This document shows positions 20,620 through 34,515 of a stretch of 64,000 bases of DNA, piece after piece. The translations under genes and the position numbers were made by a program. The DNA comes from Curvularia clavata (lineage: Eukaryota). The notes below the pieces were generated by a model. It was not told where the DNA came from, searched no databases, and saw only the letters and a list, made by a program, of their open reading frames with translations. Location: NCBI GenBank assembly GCA_023920165.1, contig CP089281.1:1364001-1428000 (forward strand), in the 5' to 3' direction. Each line of letters starts with the position of its first letter. The stretch's first letter is position 1.

Positions 20620-22664
20620 GTTGTGTAGAAAGGTTAGATTGAAGGGTTGACACGTTGAGGTTAGCAGTGGAATTCAAGACCCTTTTACCACGTGTGAATG
20701 TCTCGGGTTATTACATCTTTTGCTTGTCTTAGTTGATGCTGACTGACCTGGGTGACACACGGCTGTCAGTGCTCCAACAAGCTAAGTGTCGCGTATCTTT
20801 TCTCGACCAAAGTAGTACCACAATCCTGGTGTGTACCTCTAAAGCCTCCACTTACTCCGTAGACACAAGCTCCGTACGACACGGCGGCTATTTGAGAAGT
20901 ACGAAACCTATACCTCTAAATTTCCGATCGCGCCAAACTCGCGGATTTGTACACTTTCATACTGGGCGGTGTCTCAATCGGCCAACAGACTGCCATCGTC
21001 ACTGGAACATCAGAGCGTAGAAAGACCCTCTGTCGCACCAAAGTCCGAAAAATTAGAATGATACCAGGTCAGTGCTTCCTGCCGAGGAGGCCCGGATCCT
21101 AGCGCCAACGCATGGCTCTTTTGCCCAAATCATGATATCTAAAAGATAGTTACTTTTTCCGTTGATGAGCCAAGAATCGTCTTTCTTTTTCCATCGCCCC
21201 ACACTACTCTCTAATCATAATTTTGAAAATGCAAGGTTGCTATTCGTCAGGGGATGATAAATAGGGTGTAGGACAGTGCTGTATGATAGGGTATATGCCA
21301 TGCGAGTTACCGTACCGATGAGGTGGAATGCAAATGTCGGCGTCTATAACATTGCGTGACCTGGTAACCGGAAGTCGCCTACAACCATTTACTCAAGGGA
21401 TAGGGTTTATGTATCTTGGCGTGTTTTCATGGGTATGATCTGGAGATGAAGTGAGCATTGATGATATGAACACCAGTGTGGTTCAGTTCTCGAGTGGGGT
21501 GATGGCTTGAGAATGCGGGACTATGCATCGCAGCCTCTACCTTCCAGAACAACGTCTTCTGACCCAGCCCGGCAAACAATCGCAAGGGATCTCCATTACC
21601 CTTTCTAGCGTCAGCGGTATCAATACCCTGGCGTGTGCCAGTCCCGAAAGCACAGATGCATGCAGCCATGTGGGAGCTGCGGGGAAAGCCATGACAGATC
21701 TGCTTGGCAATCGCCCTTTGTCCCACAACGATTGCACTGCCCTCGGCGAATACTCGCGCCTATTGGTGTAGTGTTTCAGCCATGAAAGCAATGTGTGCGT
21801 CTATGTTCCCGCGAGAGTAAAGCGCGCTTTCTGGGTTGTGCAGAGGACTTGACGGTTGCGGATGCTCGTATCGTTGTTAGCATTCATAGATGCTGTGCGC
21901 GTTCTGAATAAGTAGACGGGATTTCACCCGATAGTATACAACATCGTGGCAGTGTAAGTATTCTTCGTATGTTCAGGTCCAGCGTCGCTCGAGTTGGTTC
22001 CAAACGGTTTCTTCGTGGTACACGCAAAGTCAAAGTGCTCATCTTCAAGCCCAACACGCGCCACCTCACGTTTTTCATTCGTTCAGCACGGCCATGGCAC
22101 AAAGCCGCGCTGACGGTGTCATTGTACGTTCCCTGCTTTCTTCGAGTTTTCCTTTTTAGGCTTGTGTGCCACGTCGTGTGCAAGGATGGGGTACAGCTTT
22201 CTGTATCGCATCGCTAAACTGGCTTTGTACATGTGATGGTTACTGTATAAGCCATCGCGGGTTTCTGGTATGGGCTGAGTGCAAACACACACACCACACT
22301 GCTGTCTCAAGCCGTTTTTTCTTTTGAGAGGGTGTAAGCGGACCCCGCTTTGTCTAAAAGACTTTGGGGCCCTGGTGCTTTACTTGCAGTTTGGCTCGTT
22401 TTCCGTATTCATGGTCATCCCTTCGATGAATTAGACCCAAGCCCTTGCACAGCTACTTTACCTCAGTCTATACATTGACGTCGTACGCAGCTCTGACGTC
22501 GCTTGCCAATTGACTGTCGGTGAAGGATATCGTACCGTGCCACATGCAAGCCCACTATCTCACCTGCTTGACTAGATGGCACGGCCACTACAATCCTTAA
22601 ACAACAATACCTTCCTGATACGAAACCGGACTGCCTCTCGCCGCATACCTCTCTGCTCGTAAAT

Positions 22665-24379
22665 ATGGCGATCCAACTAACTAGAAGCCAAGTCGCAGCT
22701 TTCGAAACCGCAGCACGCGCTTCATCGATCCTATCAGTTGTCGGATCCTTCATCATCATCGGCACTTTCGTTGCCTTTCCCTTTTTCAGAAAGCGTAAGT
22801 TATACTGCAAGAAGGATTTTTGCGTGTCTCATACTTCAATTGACTGACTCTCGATCTAGCGATCAACAGACTCGTCTTCTTCGCCACCTTCGGAAACCTT
22901 CTCACCAATGTAGCAACTCTAATGTCAACCTCGGTACTACCGAAGCCTGGACAGCCTCCCTCAGGTCTATGCGAATTCCAAGGTCTGCTAATCCAGTGGT
23001 TCATGGCTGCGGATGCTTTTTGGGTAAATACACACAATTTCCATGAGTCCTTCTCAAGATTCGGAAAAAGATAGAAGAGACTAGAGGAAAAGAGATGGTC
23101 AGCTAACTCGTACAAAACAGATTCTCTGCATGGCCACGAATGTCTTTCTCGTCTTCTTCAACGGGTATGACGCGCAGCAGCTGCGGCATCTGGAAAAGTG
23201 GTATTTTGCGTTGAGCTACGGCATACCTGGGATACCAGTTCTGGCGTACGTCATACTTGGTCGGACAGGACATAAAATTATAGGTTCTGCGACAATGTGG
23301 TGCTGGGTCGCTGTGGACGTTGAGTGGATGCGAATCGCATTCTTCTATGCTCCAGCGTGGTGAGTTTGAAGCTCCATATGCAATTGGCATTGTCTTACTG
23401 ATATGAACGGGAAAGGATTCTGATTTTTGCTGCCATTACCATCTACAGCATCACCGGATATCGAATCTGGCAGAAGAGCGTCGAACTGGAATCCATTTCA
23501 CGGGACTCTAATGAAGCGACAGTGCGGCTTGCGAGCGATCTAAACACCGTGGATACGTTTTCGGAACCGCATAATATTATTGTGACGACGCAGATTGAAT
23601 GTAATATCCGAGAGCAGAACGCGACGTCTCGAAGTGACTCGCCAGACCCAGAACGCATTTCGATCCGCTCCACGTCTAGTACTCCAATGCTATCGAAACT
23701 GACTAATGCCCAAGACCTGGTTTCAGTACCGCCATTTCGTCCTTCCTCCGGAATAACTCGGGTGCGACTCGACGACGTAGAAGTCCAGCTTGATCCACGC
23801 CAGGGCGCAAAAGGACGAAACGGATACAAAGCGAGAATCATCTCGACCAGTCGACCCGAAACAGCCACCTATGAACCGGTAGTCTTATCAGTTCCTCGTC
23901 CGCCAGGCAGAGGAACATCCGAGCGCCATGCGGCAGCCATGGCATACTTCCAAGTTGCCTTCCTCATGTTCCTGGCCCTCATCGTAGTATGGCTACCTAG
24001 CAGTATCAACCGGCTACACCAATTCGTCCACAAAGACCATAAGGGGCTCCACTTTGCCTTGAACCTCATGTCAGCAATTGTGCTACCGCTCCAGGGCACC
24101 TGGAATGCCATCATCTATATATTCACTACTCGGGCCGAGTGCAGACGCGCCTGGAGTATGGTGGTTGAAAAAATCAAGGGCAGGCCTTTGACATATCAAA
24201 CAAAACAGCAGCGGTTTCGAACTAGGGTGAGCGCGAGTTCGCAACGCATGCAAGAGTCGGGTGCGAATGTTGACATGCACGCCATCTTCAAGAAAAGTGC
24301 TCAAGTACACCATATTGAGGCGTCCAGAACTCACAAAACGGACAGTGGTGACTGGCAGGGCGAGCCGATCTCACCATGA
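22665..24379 (+). CDS. cAMP-receptor-like (CRL) 7TM G-protein-coupled receptor; 3 introns
   Basis: SILSVVGSFIIIGTF, INRLVFFATFGN, LCEFQGLLIQWF, MATNVFLVFF, GSATMWCWV, RIAFFYAP, VVWLPSSINR, VLPLQGTWNAIIY. Confidence 0.88.
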
Positions 24380-24946
24380 TGTGGTAGCATTTCAACAGTG
24401 GGACGTGCTACTCTGCGGTACATATGCTTGCTTTGTCGACATATTTCCAAATTTTGGGTTTTTCTTCTTCATTATACGGTCGTTTCAAAGCATGTCTAGA
24501 CACCCTCTAGTACAGTCATTTTTCTTCTTTCTTCAGATCGCTTAGGGTCATCAGGTTTGGACCTTGGATTGACGGCAGATACCCCGGTTATCCGGCGCAC
24601 GGCGTTTTGAGTCTGCACTATCATTGCATGCGTAATCAGGGGCCCGTATTTTTTGCACTAAGGGGAGGTAATCTTAGTCTTTTAGTCGTAATCACTAAAA
24701 ACTCGATTTTCACCTCAGTCTGCTGAACTAGGATCCTATGCTCAGAGAGATGATATGCACAATCGTCCAATCTTATATGGTGCACTTGGGTTGATTGTCG
24801 TGAACCTATTCTTGCCAACAACCCGGCGCTGTTGAGCGGCCTGTGTGCTATCCCGGCATGGCCTTGCACCATCCCCCTAACTCTTCTTCATAGCGTACAT
24901 CATCGTATTCCTCGTTACGTGTTGGTTATTTTCACTGTGCATCTCA

Positions 24947-25573
24947 TCAACCAATCTTGGCATTGGAAAAGTCCATCTCGGGATGTTGCTCCTGGAACTT
25001 CTTCAAGATTTCGGCCTTCTTCTGCTCGTCACTGGTAGGCTTGCCTTGCTCCTTTTGCCTCTGATCGTACATCATCTTCTCCACCATTCCGCGTGTCTCT
25101 CCATCGAGATCGCCTAATTTGCTGTTCTCAGGCTGGATCTTGGAGGTGTCGATCTTGGGCGCGGTGGTAACGACGTGGGGCCACCACTCGAGCTGGTTGA
25201 CCTTGTCGAGATGGATAGAAATCTCTTTTCCGGAATTGGTCGAGGCCAGTGTCCAGGTGGAGTCGTCGACGCGGATGGGGTGGGGGAGCTCGCCCTGGAG
25301 AAAGCGTTAGCCCAAGCTGTTGCTAGAGACAGGTCTGCTGTGACGCACCTGGAGTATAGGCTCCTGGCCTTTGATTCCGGCCTTGATGGAATTGCGGGCA
25401 ATGTTGATATCGAGGTCCTTGCCCTTGTACTTGGCGTCGATGGTGATTGTGATGTCAAGGTCCTTAATGGTCTGTTCCCACTTGTAGGGCAGGGCGGCCT
25501 GCTCTGCCTGCTCCTTTGCGCGGGCCTCGGCGTCGGCCTTTTCGCGCTCCTCAGGGGGCGGTGAGCCGGACAT
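24947..25573 (-). CDS. nudC: Nuclear movement protein NudC (CS domain); 1 intron
   Basis: [22 protein letters not shown]...[30 protein letters not shown]...[12 protein letters not shown]. Confidence 0.95.
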
Positions 25574-26019
25574 GGTGACGGCGTGCTTGGTGGTGGCGAG
25601 CAAAGAGTTTGGTTTGGTCTGGTGTTTGGAGGGGAAGGACGAGCGGGACCCTGAGAGTGTGCCCAAGGCCGAGTGGAACAGTGGACCCCAAGGAGCGTCA
25701 TCGCCCATCGGACATGAGCAAGCTCCACCATGCGCCCTGCCTCGTTCCTCCACCCCGGTCGACTCTAATAACGGACAACTACCGCGGTGTTGTGGTCCAC
25801 AGGCCTATCCTCACCCTCTCCTCTATTGATAGCACTCGCCTCTTCCGCCCGCCCGCCGTGTCGTGATGCTGCCCTAGGAACAGCAGAGCCATTGCGACAG
25901 ACAGTGCGACTGCACCACCCACCGACGAAGCACCACGACCGCCGTACCAGCATTCACACGCCCTGCCAGCGGCCCAGTCGGGCATCCATCTGTCGGCGCG
26001 GCAGTAATCCTCGCACCCA

Positions 26020-28182
26020 ATGGCCAGCTCCTTCGAGAAGAGTGTCAAGGGCGGCACCAAGATCAAGGCAAGCAGCCACCTATCTCTACATGCCATGTGC
26101 TAACACAAGGCCCCTGTGCAGCTCGCAGCACCAAAGTCCAAGTATGTCGAGCATATTCTCGTTGCGACACATGCTGGCGAAGCAGGTGTCGCCGAAATCT
26201 TCCGCGCTCTCACCAACCGCCTGCGCGACTCGACATGGACTATCGTCTTCAAGAGTCTTATCATCGTCCATCTTATGATCCGAGAAGGCGAGCCTGAGGT
26301 CACGCTTAAGTATCTGGCCCAGAATCCGCACCGCAAGCTGGCAATCAATCACTTTACAGAGGGTACGTGTCGACGTGGCCGCATGTGCTGTAGACCACAC
26401 AGCGACCCCTTTCCCCATAACTTCGACAGCGGTCGGGTAGCCAGTCTAGTGGCCGGGCTTCTGCGGGCGGAAAGCGGATGAAATTTGGCATAAGCTCGTA
26501 GACGAGAATCGACTGCTGACATTGCGCCCAACAGTGCAGACCCAAGGACACAACATCCGGACCTACTCTGAATACCTGCTCCGGCGCGCCATCGAATATG
26601 GCTCGACAAAGGTGGACTATGTGCGTGGTGGCGAGGGTCGCCTCAAGCGCTTGACCATAGAGAAAGGCCTTCTTCGCGAAGCAGAGAGTGTACAAGATCA
26701 GATCAGAGCATTGCTCAAATGCCAGGTACGATAGTGCTCCCCCAACGAGCGACATTTGCAGTTGCCCTGACTTCAACCCAAACAGCCATTCGATGACGAG
26801 CCCGAGAACGAAATAACATTGACTGCTTTCCGGTTGCTCACAATGGACCTGTTAGTGCTCTTCCACGTCATGAACGAGGGCACTATCAACATTCTTGGTG
26901 GGTTGACCTCATGTACTGGAAACTTCGGCGTACTAATGGACTAGAACACTACTTTGAACTATCAAAACCTGACGCAACGCGCGCCTTGGCAGTCTACCGC
27001 ACTTTTGTCAAACAAACTGAAGCTGTTGTTCAGTACCTTAGTCTTGCGCGATCACACGAACACTCAACAAGATTAGAAATTCCAAGGATCAAGCATGCCC
27101 CGACTAGTCTGGCAGCATCGTTGGAAGAGTACCTGGCTGATAAGGATTTCGAAATCAACCGACGGCAGTACATCGCCGAGAAAGAGGCGAAGAAGAATGG
27201 AGGCAAGTCCACCAATGGAGCCAACAAATCTCAGGATTCAAAGCCTGCGCCTTCTAGCAATACTACTAGCCAACAGCCGGCAGCAGCTCCAGCAAAGCCT
27301 TCTGCAAATGCGCCTTTGATCGATTTGTTTGAATCACTTGAGGACAACCAACAGACTATGGCTACACAGCCAATGATGCAGCAGTACCCGCAACAAACAG
27401 GCTTCCAGATTCCACAACAAACGGCAAACATGGGCTTCCCTCAACAACAACAGCCCTTCCCAATGCAAAACGGACAGGGTACAAATCCCTTTCAACTGGG
27501 ACAACAACCACAAGCACCTCAGCTTCAGTCCCAGTTTACCGGCGCAGGCTTTGGCGGCTACTCACCACAACCCTTCAGTCCACAGAACGCTATGCCATCA
27601 ATACCACAGAATGGCATGCCCGATTTCTCACAACAGCAGCAGCAACCACAGCAGATGCAGGTTCCTACCATTGCCGAGCCCTTGCAACCTCAACCAACCT
27701 CAACCAACCCATTCCGACAATCAATGCTGCCCAGTAGCCCCACTGCTACCAGCTCGCTCAATCGTGCGTCGACGAATCCATTTGCAAAGCACAACACCGG
27801 AATTTCACAGCAGTCTCAATCACCTGTCAATTCTTCGCCTTACGCCATGCCATCCGTTCAAGAACCATCGTTTGCTCCTATGCAGCAGCAGCAGCAGCCG
27901 CAGTCAATGCAGCCTCTACAGCCTACACCCACAGGCACAAACCCGTTCGCACGGCAACCGTCCCCACAGGGCACCCTATCCCCACAGGGTGGGCTCACTG
28001 TTCATGCAACGGGTAGTACGAATCCTTTCCGGCAAAGCGCCTTTGTCAACCAGCAAACAGGCCAAGGCTGGCAAAATGCTGGCAACCAAGGGACGATTGG
28101 CGGGATGAGCCTGGACCAAGTACCCACAACAAGCGTATTTCCACGACCCGGGCAGCAACAACAGCAAAACTTCCTGGGTTAG
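26020..28182 (+). CDS. YAP180: ANTH-domain clathrin assembly protein (AP180/Yap1801/2-like); 4 introns, the first GC-AG
   Basis: MASSFEKSVKGGTKIK-LAAPKSKYVEHIL, WTIVFKSLIIVHLMIREG, LEHYFELSKPDA; Gln/Pro-rich tail with multiple NPF motifs and an LIDL clathrin-box-like motif. Confidence 0.92.
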
Positions 28183-28868
28183 ATTTTTGGGGCGACGAAG
28201 AAGTAATGAAACTATTGTGTGACCACGGTAGGCCGTTTGTGGATGATTTGTCGAAGTTTGTGATTCCTTTTGCGTGGAGTTTCCTCGATGCTGCTTAATA
28301 TAACTCGTGAGTGATTGCTCTGGGGTATGATTCTACTAGACTGCATTCAACTGGAAGCGGGAGTGAGTCTATATTTCTACGGTTGGCACAAGAAGCCCGA
28401 TGCCGGAAGGTCTGGAGGCAGAATGAGCTAGTCTGTAACTTCTAGATGATCCAATCATCATTTTCTAGTCGGTATCCGAGCTGGGCACCTGCCAAACGCC
28501 CCCTGCTAATGAAATATTCATAATTCATATCATTGTTCTGTGTTGCACTCACCTTGACTGATTGCTTACCCGATTACGCCATCAGGCTCTTATTTCCAGG
28601 GCCCCACATTGGGCTTTAAGGTTCAGAGAAGTGCAGGGATTGTGTCAACCACGTGACGACGCGACTTCCTTATAGTCTAACGCGACAAATGAAGCCGTTA
28701 TCAGACACACATCACGACTTCACTACTACTTTACAACGCAGCATTGGGCTGGAATAACCGACAGCTCCTTTGGAGTAACCATGTCCTTTGCTATCCTTCG
28801 GTTTGACAGCTCGTGTCTTACATTGACCTGAGCGTGGATTCGCTGTGTCCCAGTTCCACCACGCCACA

Positions 28869-31800
28869 ATGGCACGTGGCAACTCTCTCGACGCACCTGT
28901 CACTCTTGAAGACAGTTATAATGGCGAATTCAGATATCTGCCTGTTCCGGCACCCATCTTGTCTGCAAGACGACGCAATACGCAGACCCTTGACCAGGAT
29001 GACATTGAAGAAGTGGACCATCACACTGCCTGGGAACAAGCCGTCGCACAAAGGGCAAAAGCGAAAAAAAAACAAGAGCAACTAAGGAACCTGACAAATC
29101 TGACAAAACCCTACCCACAAGATGAGCACAGTGGGATTCCCGAGCCACCGTTCAGGCGGCCGTCATCAGTCAAACCCATCGCTATTATCGATCTGTTGAC
29201 TGATGACGACGAATCGACACGTCCCAGAGTGACACAACAAGGCGCAGATGCAGGACCCAATCAAACTCTTTTGCATGCGCAGCGATTCTCCTCCCATCAT
29301 CCCGAGAGTTCCAGCAATACAGGCATTCCACAGGAGACTCGACCCTGCAGAATCCCAACCACACAGCCTACTGTTCTCAATGCTGTCACAGCACGACCTG
29401 CATATATGTCACCCTATTCGATGCAGCCTCCCATTCTACGCCCTTCAGAAACGGCTCATGAGGCTGTGCAATCCAGCGGCTTTCCGTTGCGCATGTCTCC
29501 CGTCAGGCCTCTACCATCTGTCCCGATTAATGCAATATTAAACCACGATACCTTTTTAACAAAATCTTTCCAAGACACAAATTTGGTGCCCTTATCGTCG
29601 CACAAACCTGATGAAATCGCGGTACATGACACAGTACCTTCATTCTTGCCACCAATCGGGGTTCTCGCCGGCCACCAGCGCGAACGGACCACTTGCCGTC
29701 GCGTAAACATCACATCGGAGCGCGCAAACGTGGCAGGGCATCCCGACAAACTTGAACCGCCGCCTCCTATGGCTGCAGAAGCATATACATCGAGTAGCTC
29801 AAGCGTGACTGTCTTTCCCCCGAAGCAGAAAGCAATCAAGTCCGTGAGACAAAGGAACTATGTCCCACTCAGAACATCGCCTCGGCCTTCCACAAACAAA
29901 GACGACTCGCCATGCACACCCCAAGATGAACCCCATCAAAACTCAAACAAAGCAGCATCCCGGACAGCGAGTCGTAGTCCATTCAGAGGAGCCGCACCTC
30001 AGACTAGCACTGTTCTCAATAATGAAGTTCGTCTGACGGAAAGGCCTAAAGATCGCAATGCCACGCTAGACCGATTGCCCCTGGAGCCTCAAGAAAGAGC
30101 TGGGGGTACGTCTCGGGAACATTTCGAAAACCCCGGTCATCATGCGTACGACTGTGCAGCACCATCTGTCAATTCCTCGATTTCACCATCATTAGAATCC
30201 GACCAAAACCTCAAGGCCCTAGGTGTGAGAGTAGACAGCGCAGCAAATATGACTCCTATTGGAGATCCTTCCCGGGAAGCCACACCGCTATCAAATGACG
30301 TGTCGCCAAACCTCGATGAAGTCAGATCAGCGTTAGCAAATCATGTGCATGACCTTACTGCTACGCAGTCAGCGATAGACGCATGCCTAAAACGCCATGT
30401 TGCGGAGCGGCACGAAATGCATGCCCAGTTAACACGGATCAAGATGCGGAATCACAGGACATGTCAAGAACGAGATCTCCGTGCTCGGTATCGTAAAGAG
30501 AAGCGTGTCCTCCACTCAACTTTGCCAGAGGAGTTTATTCAACACACTTCCCCCTTTGCACACATGCCTGCCATACAGATGTCATTTGATCGGAATTGTG
30601 CTTCCAAAGGTCTACCTGATATCGGCCAGGAGATCTTTATCAAGGCTAAACCAAAGGACCCGGTCGTTCGCTCCACATTGTCTGCACCCACAACCAAGTA
30701 TCGTTCAGAAGCTGTCATCATCCCTCCATTCAAGGAATATGTTAGCCTGAAAAACAATATCTTGGCTGACAATGAGTCGAAGCTGCTTGCGACACCGTAC
30801 TTTGAAGACGAGGATTACGAGAGTCGCCAGGCTCTTTTGGATGCTCTTCCATATATGTACGAATTGACGCACGACGAAAAGGGGCCACTCGATCTCCGCA
30901 AGGAGCAGTGCCGGTTCTACAAAACTTCTATCGAAGCTTTTCTGAAAGAGATTGGCGTAACTTGGGACAACGTCCTGTATTGGTTATTAGCACCTGATCA
31001 TACTCTCAAGCACATTAACGCTTCCATATCCGGTAGTGAAAGTTTCTCAACAGTGGTACTTGAGAGATCGCAGTACAATATCGAGGAGTTTGAGCGTGAC
31101 GGTGAGATCAAGACGACTACCCTATTTGACCGTGGCGACGAGAAATGGCGCAGCTTCCTCCTGCAGCTTGAAGAACCCTCAGTACTGACTTTGAGGCTTG
31201 CGGCCACAGCATGCGCTGCTGTGTTTCAGGAATGCGAATTCAGCATCTGGTACTTAGCAGAGCAATCTAGTTCGGTACAGGAAAATGTCTGGAGAAAGAC
31301 TTCGAGCGGCAAAAATGCTGCCCAGTCTGCATACAGGCAGATTGTGTGCAGGGTGTGTCATCAGTGAGTACAGACCTTTGATGCTACGTGTCACAATATT
31401 AACAATATGTACAGACACAACTGCCTTCTTCATGGCGAGTTAAGGCAAGCCCCTGAAGACTCGTGGAAGTCTGAATCAGAAGAGGAGGACGAGGAGTTCC
31501 AAAGCAGTCGTTGTGGCTCAAGAAGCACCCTTGACGAAGATACTGATCCTCTACCTGCTCATTTTGATGAGGACTCCGACATTGAGAAGGTAATCAACTA
31601 CAAGCTGCCGGCAAATCCCGACGCCTTCAATGTCTGTCCTGAATCAGAGATGATTACATCTAGGGGTGCAAAGCCGCCCCCAGGAAAGTTCAACGCCCAC
31701 TGGTGGTTGCAGCGAGACCTCACACAGCATTGGGAGAAGAGGAAACCATTTTTCCCTTGTAACCACGAGGGCAGTTGTGAGAATGCCAAATGCCGGTGCT

Positions 31801-33164
31801 TTAGGGAGGGTATTACTTGCGAGAAGACCTGCAAGTGCTCCCACTCTTGTAATCGACGCTTCCCAGGGTGCAGCTGTTCAACCATCCCAGGAAAGCGGGT
31901 TTGCGACTCAGACAAATGTCTCTGTATTAAATTTCACAGGGAGTGCGATGCAGATCTGTGTGGGGCTTGTGGTGCAACTGAGATCCTCGACCCTGTTAAT
32001 CGATACAACAAGGACGTCATGGCCCGCAACTGCTTCAATGTGGCAATCCAACGGGGTGTTCCTCGGAAGACGTTGCTTGGACATTCGGAAGTTCATGGGT
32101 TCGGGCTGTATATGGGCGAGGATATTGAGAAAGGAGAGTATATTGGTGAATACACTGGCGAAGTGATTTCAGTCCATGAAGGCAATCGCAGACTTACAAT
32201 CTATGATTACCAGAAGACCATGTACCTGTTTCGTCTAAATTCGAGTAAGTTTTCGTACTGCGCGTTGTTAATACGCTGCTAATCATATTTTGCAGAACAG
32301 GAAGTCGACGCCACATATATGGGCAACAAGCTGCGCTTCATCAACAATGCCGACGACAAATACACAAACTGTGCTCCAAGGAATCTCCTCTGCAACACAG
32401 TCTTTCGAATAGCACTCTTTGCCACGACCAATATCAAGGCAGGAACTGAGTTGTACTTCAACTACAATTATCCTAAAGAGAAGACAGCACAATTCAAGCA
32501 GCCCAATGGAAAGGTCGTCGCGGTCAAGGAGAACAAGCCAAAGACAAAGAAAGCGGACGGAACCGTGAAACGCAAGCAGCCGGGAGAGGAGCGCGACCGC
32601 TCGCGTATACTCGCCGCCACTGCAAAAGCTAGAGCCGCCAAAGCCGCCAAGAGGCAAGCAATGCTAGAAGAAGCAGCTAGATTGGCTGCTGCAAGACCTT
32701 CGGCGGTGCCATTTCAAGCACGCAAAACAGCCACGGCAACCCCCAGTGTAAAGCCAAGGTCAAAGTTGCGACAGCGTGTCAGCAGAAACGAGTCTGTCGA
32801 ATCCGACGGTGGCTTAGATGAGGATGAGGATGAGGATGAGGATGCAAGTGACGCTGAAGCCTCAGCGGCTAATGCCTCACAGGAGACAACGGCAAGCCAA
32901 TCCCAATACGTAGGGGACGTGGATGGAGACGACGAAGAGTTTGTTGTGGACGATACAGAGGAAAACGATGACGAACAGTCGCATTCATGGACGAAAGGTA
33001 GCAGTGCTACGTCGCGATATGGACCAAGCAGACCTCGAAGAAGAACATCCAATGTCACGCCTGTGATGGCGAGCCAGAAGAAGACCGGGAAAATGGGCGG
33101 AGCGCGACCAGGTGCTGGTAGAAAGAGAAAAAGACCCGTCATACTTAATAGCGATGACGAGTAA
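28869..33164 (+). CDS. KMT6: Histone H3K27 methyltransferase, PRC2 catalytic subunit (KMT6/SET-7/EZH2-like); introns 31364-31414 and 32245-32295
   Basis: CRVCHQHNCLLH, CXC domain (PCNHEGSC...CEKTCKC...RRFPGCSC...RECDADLCGAC), and SET domain (SEVHGFGLY, IGEYTGEVI, GNKLRFIN, GTELYFNY). Confidence 0.92.
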
Positions 33165-33600
33165 AATATCTATACCAACAAGGGGTAAATATAGAAAAGA
33201 AAAAAAGTTACATTTCATGAGGCGGACTGTTGCAATTTGGTAAATGTATTGTACATGATACCCAGCGTGCTGCTGCACAGGTCAGTTTGTCCAGCTACAA
33301 CTAGAGTGATGGTGCGCGCGGATATGACGTACAGAGCCGCTCTTCCGGGCTTGAGTACATGGGTGTGTGGATGTTGTACGAACATGCTGTCTCCTCGTAA
33401 ACATGTGCACAGCAGGTTAGCAAGGGGGGTTTCCCTTTACCTCAACAAAGCGGTTATCCTGGCGTCTGTTCTCATCACTTGGCTGAGGGCATCTTCGCCA
33501 CACCCACTACACTGCACAAGGGGGGGTTCCCTAGAGCTCGTTACAGCCCACCACTATGCATTGCAGCTGCTTTCATCTCAACCCTTGTCTTGTCACCTAT

Positions 33601-34039
33601 TCAGGGCGCAGCCGTGACGAAAGCCCTCATAGCCCTGACCGCATCCCCATCATTCGCACGCAGCAGCTCCGTTGCCTTTGCCTTTGCAACTTCCAGTTCA
33701 GAAACCTATTTGTCCCTGTCAGCCTGTTCTTTTCTATAATTCACCCCCTCTTATACAAGTATATCGAGCATAAACACAGGTGCAGCAACGTACCAACAAC
33801 GCTACATCCGCCCCCTCAATCTTGACATTCTTCTTCTTCTCATCTTCCGCTTTCTCCTTCACACTCAGCCCTTTCATCGCTTTGTCGAGTGCCTTGCCAT
33901 CGACTTCTTTCTTCGTCCCATTGGAGCTGGGGTCTTGGGTGTCGGAGAGCGAGGAGAGGGCCGCGGCGCCGGTGAGGTCAGAGGGTCCGGTAGGGGTGGC
34001 GGCGCCTTCGTGGACGTTTGAGGGTTGGGGTTCGGCCAT
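33601..34039 (-). CDS. HYPK: HYPK-like protein (NAC-alpha-type UBA-like C-terminus); 1 intron
   Basis: Spliced C-terminus VKIEGADVALL-VSELEVAKAKATELLRANDGDAVRAMRAFV resembles the HYPK UBA domain. Confidence 0.82.
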
Positions 34040-34345
34040 TGTGTCTTGGGGATGTGGGAAAAGCGATGGGTTGTTGGCTAATGTTAAACTTACTTGTATA
34101 CGGCTGGAGTGAACATGCGGGAGAATGACGAGGGTGTGGGGTAAGAAATAGAGTGGATTGGCCAATGGGAAAATCCTGGGGTTGTGATTGGTAGTTTTGT
34201 TTTTCTGTAAGAGAGTCTGCTCACGTGAAGGGCCGACTAATTTGAAGATCACTTCTACTCGATTTTCAGGAGAATACGAGGCATGGATACACTAGTCTCT
34301 GTTGCTTCTCTCTATACGAATTTCAAGGTGAGTTTACTGTGTAGT

Positions 34346-34515
34346 TGACGTCATTCTTGGTCCCTCTCGAATCCGCTTTTGAGTTTGCAGATTTTGTTCC
34401 TTGAGTCATGGGCGCGCTTTAGTCTTGGTCTCTTTATTCGCCATCGTCCCGCGCCCTGCGTAGGGCAGGACCCTTGCCGAGCTTTCTATATTAACGGAGC
34501 AATAAAAGTGACTCA
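34346..34515. promoter_or_regulatory. Cluster of Gcn4/CPC-1 (cross-pathway control)-type bZIP sites upstream of DAHP synthase
   Basis: TGACGTCA 34346-34353, TGAGTCA 34402-34408 and TGACTCA 34509-34515, all within 365 bp of the ATG of an amino-acid biosynthesis gene. Confidence 0.7.

Noticed and set aside
20620..22664. Hidden gene or ncRNA (tRNA, snoRNA, telomerase RNA) in long intergenic regions, also 38430-40068
   Set aside because: No cloverleaf, convincing box C/D pair, TAACCCTAA template or credible spliced ORF found by eye. Most likely regulatory DNA for the GPCR and TF genes.
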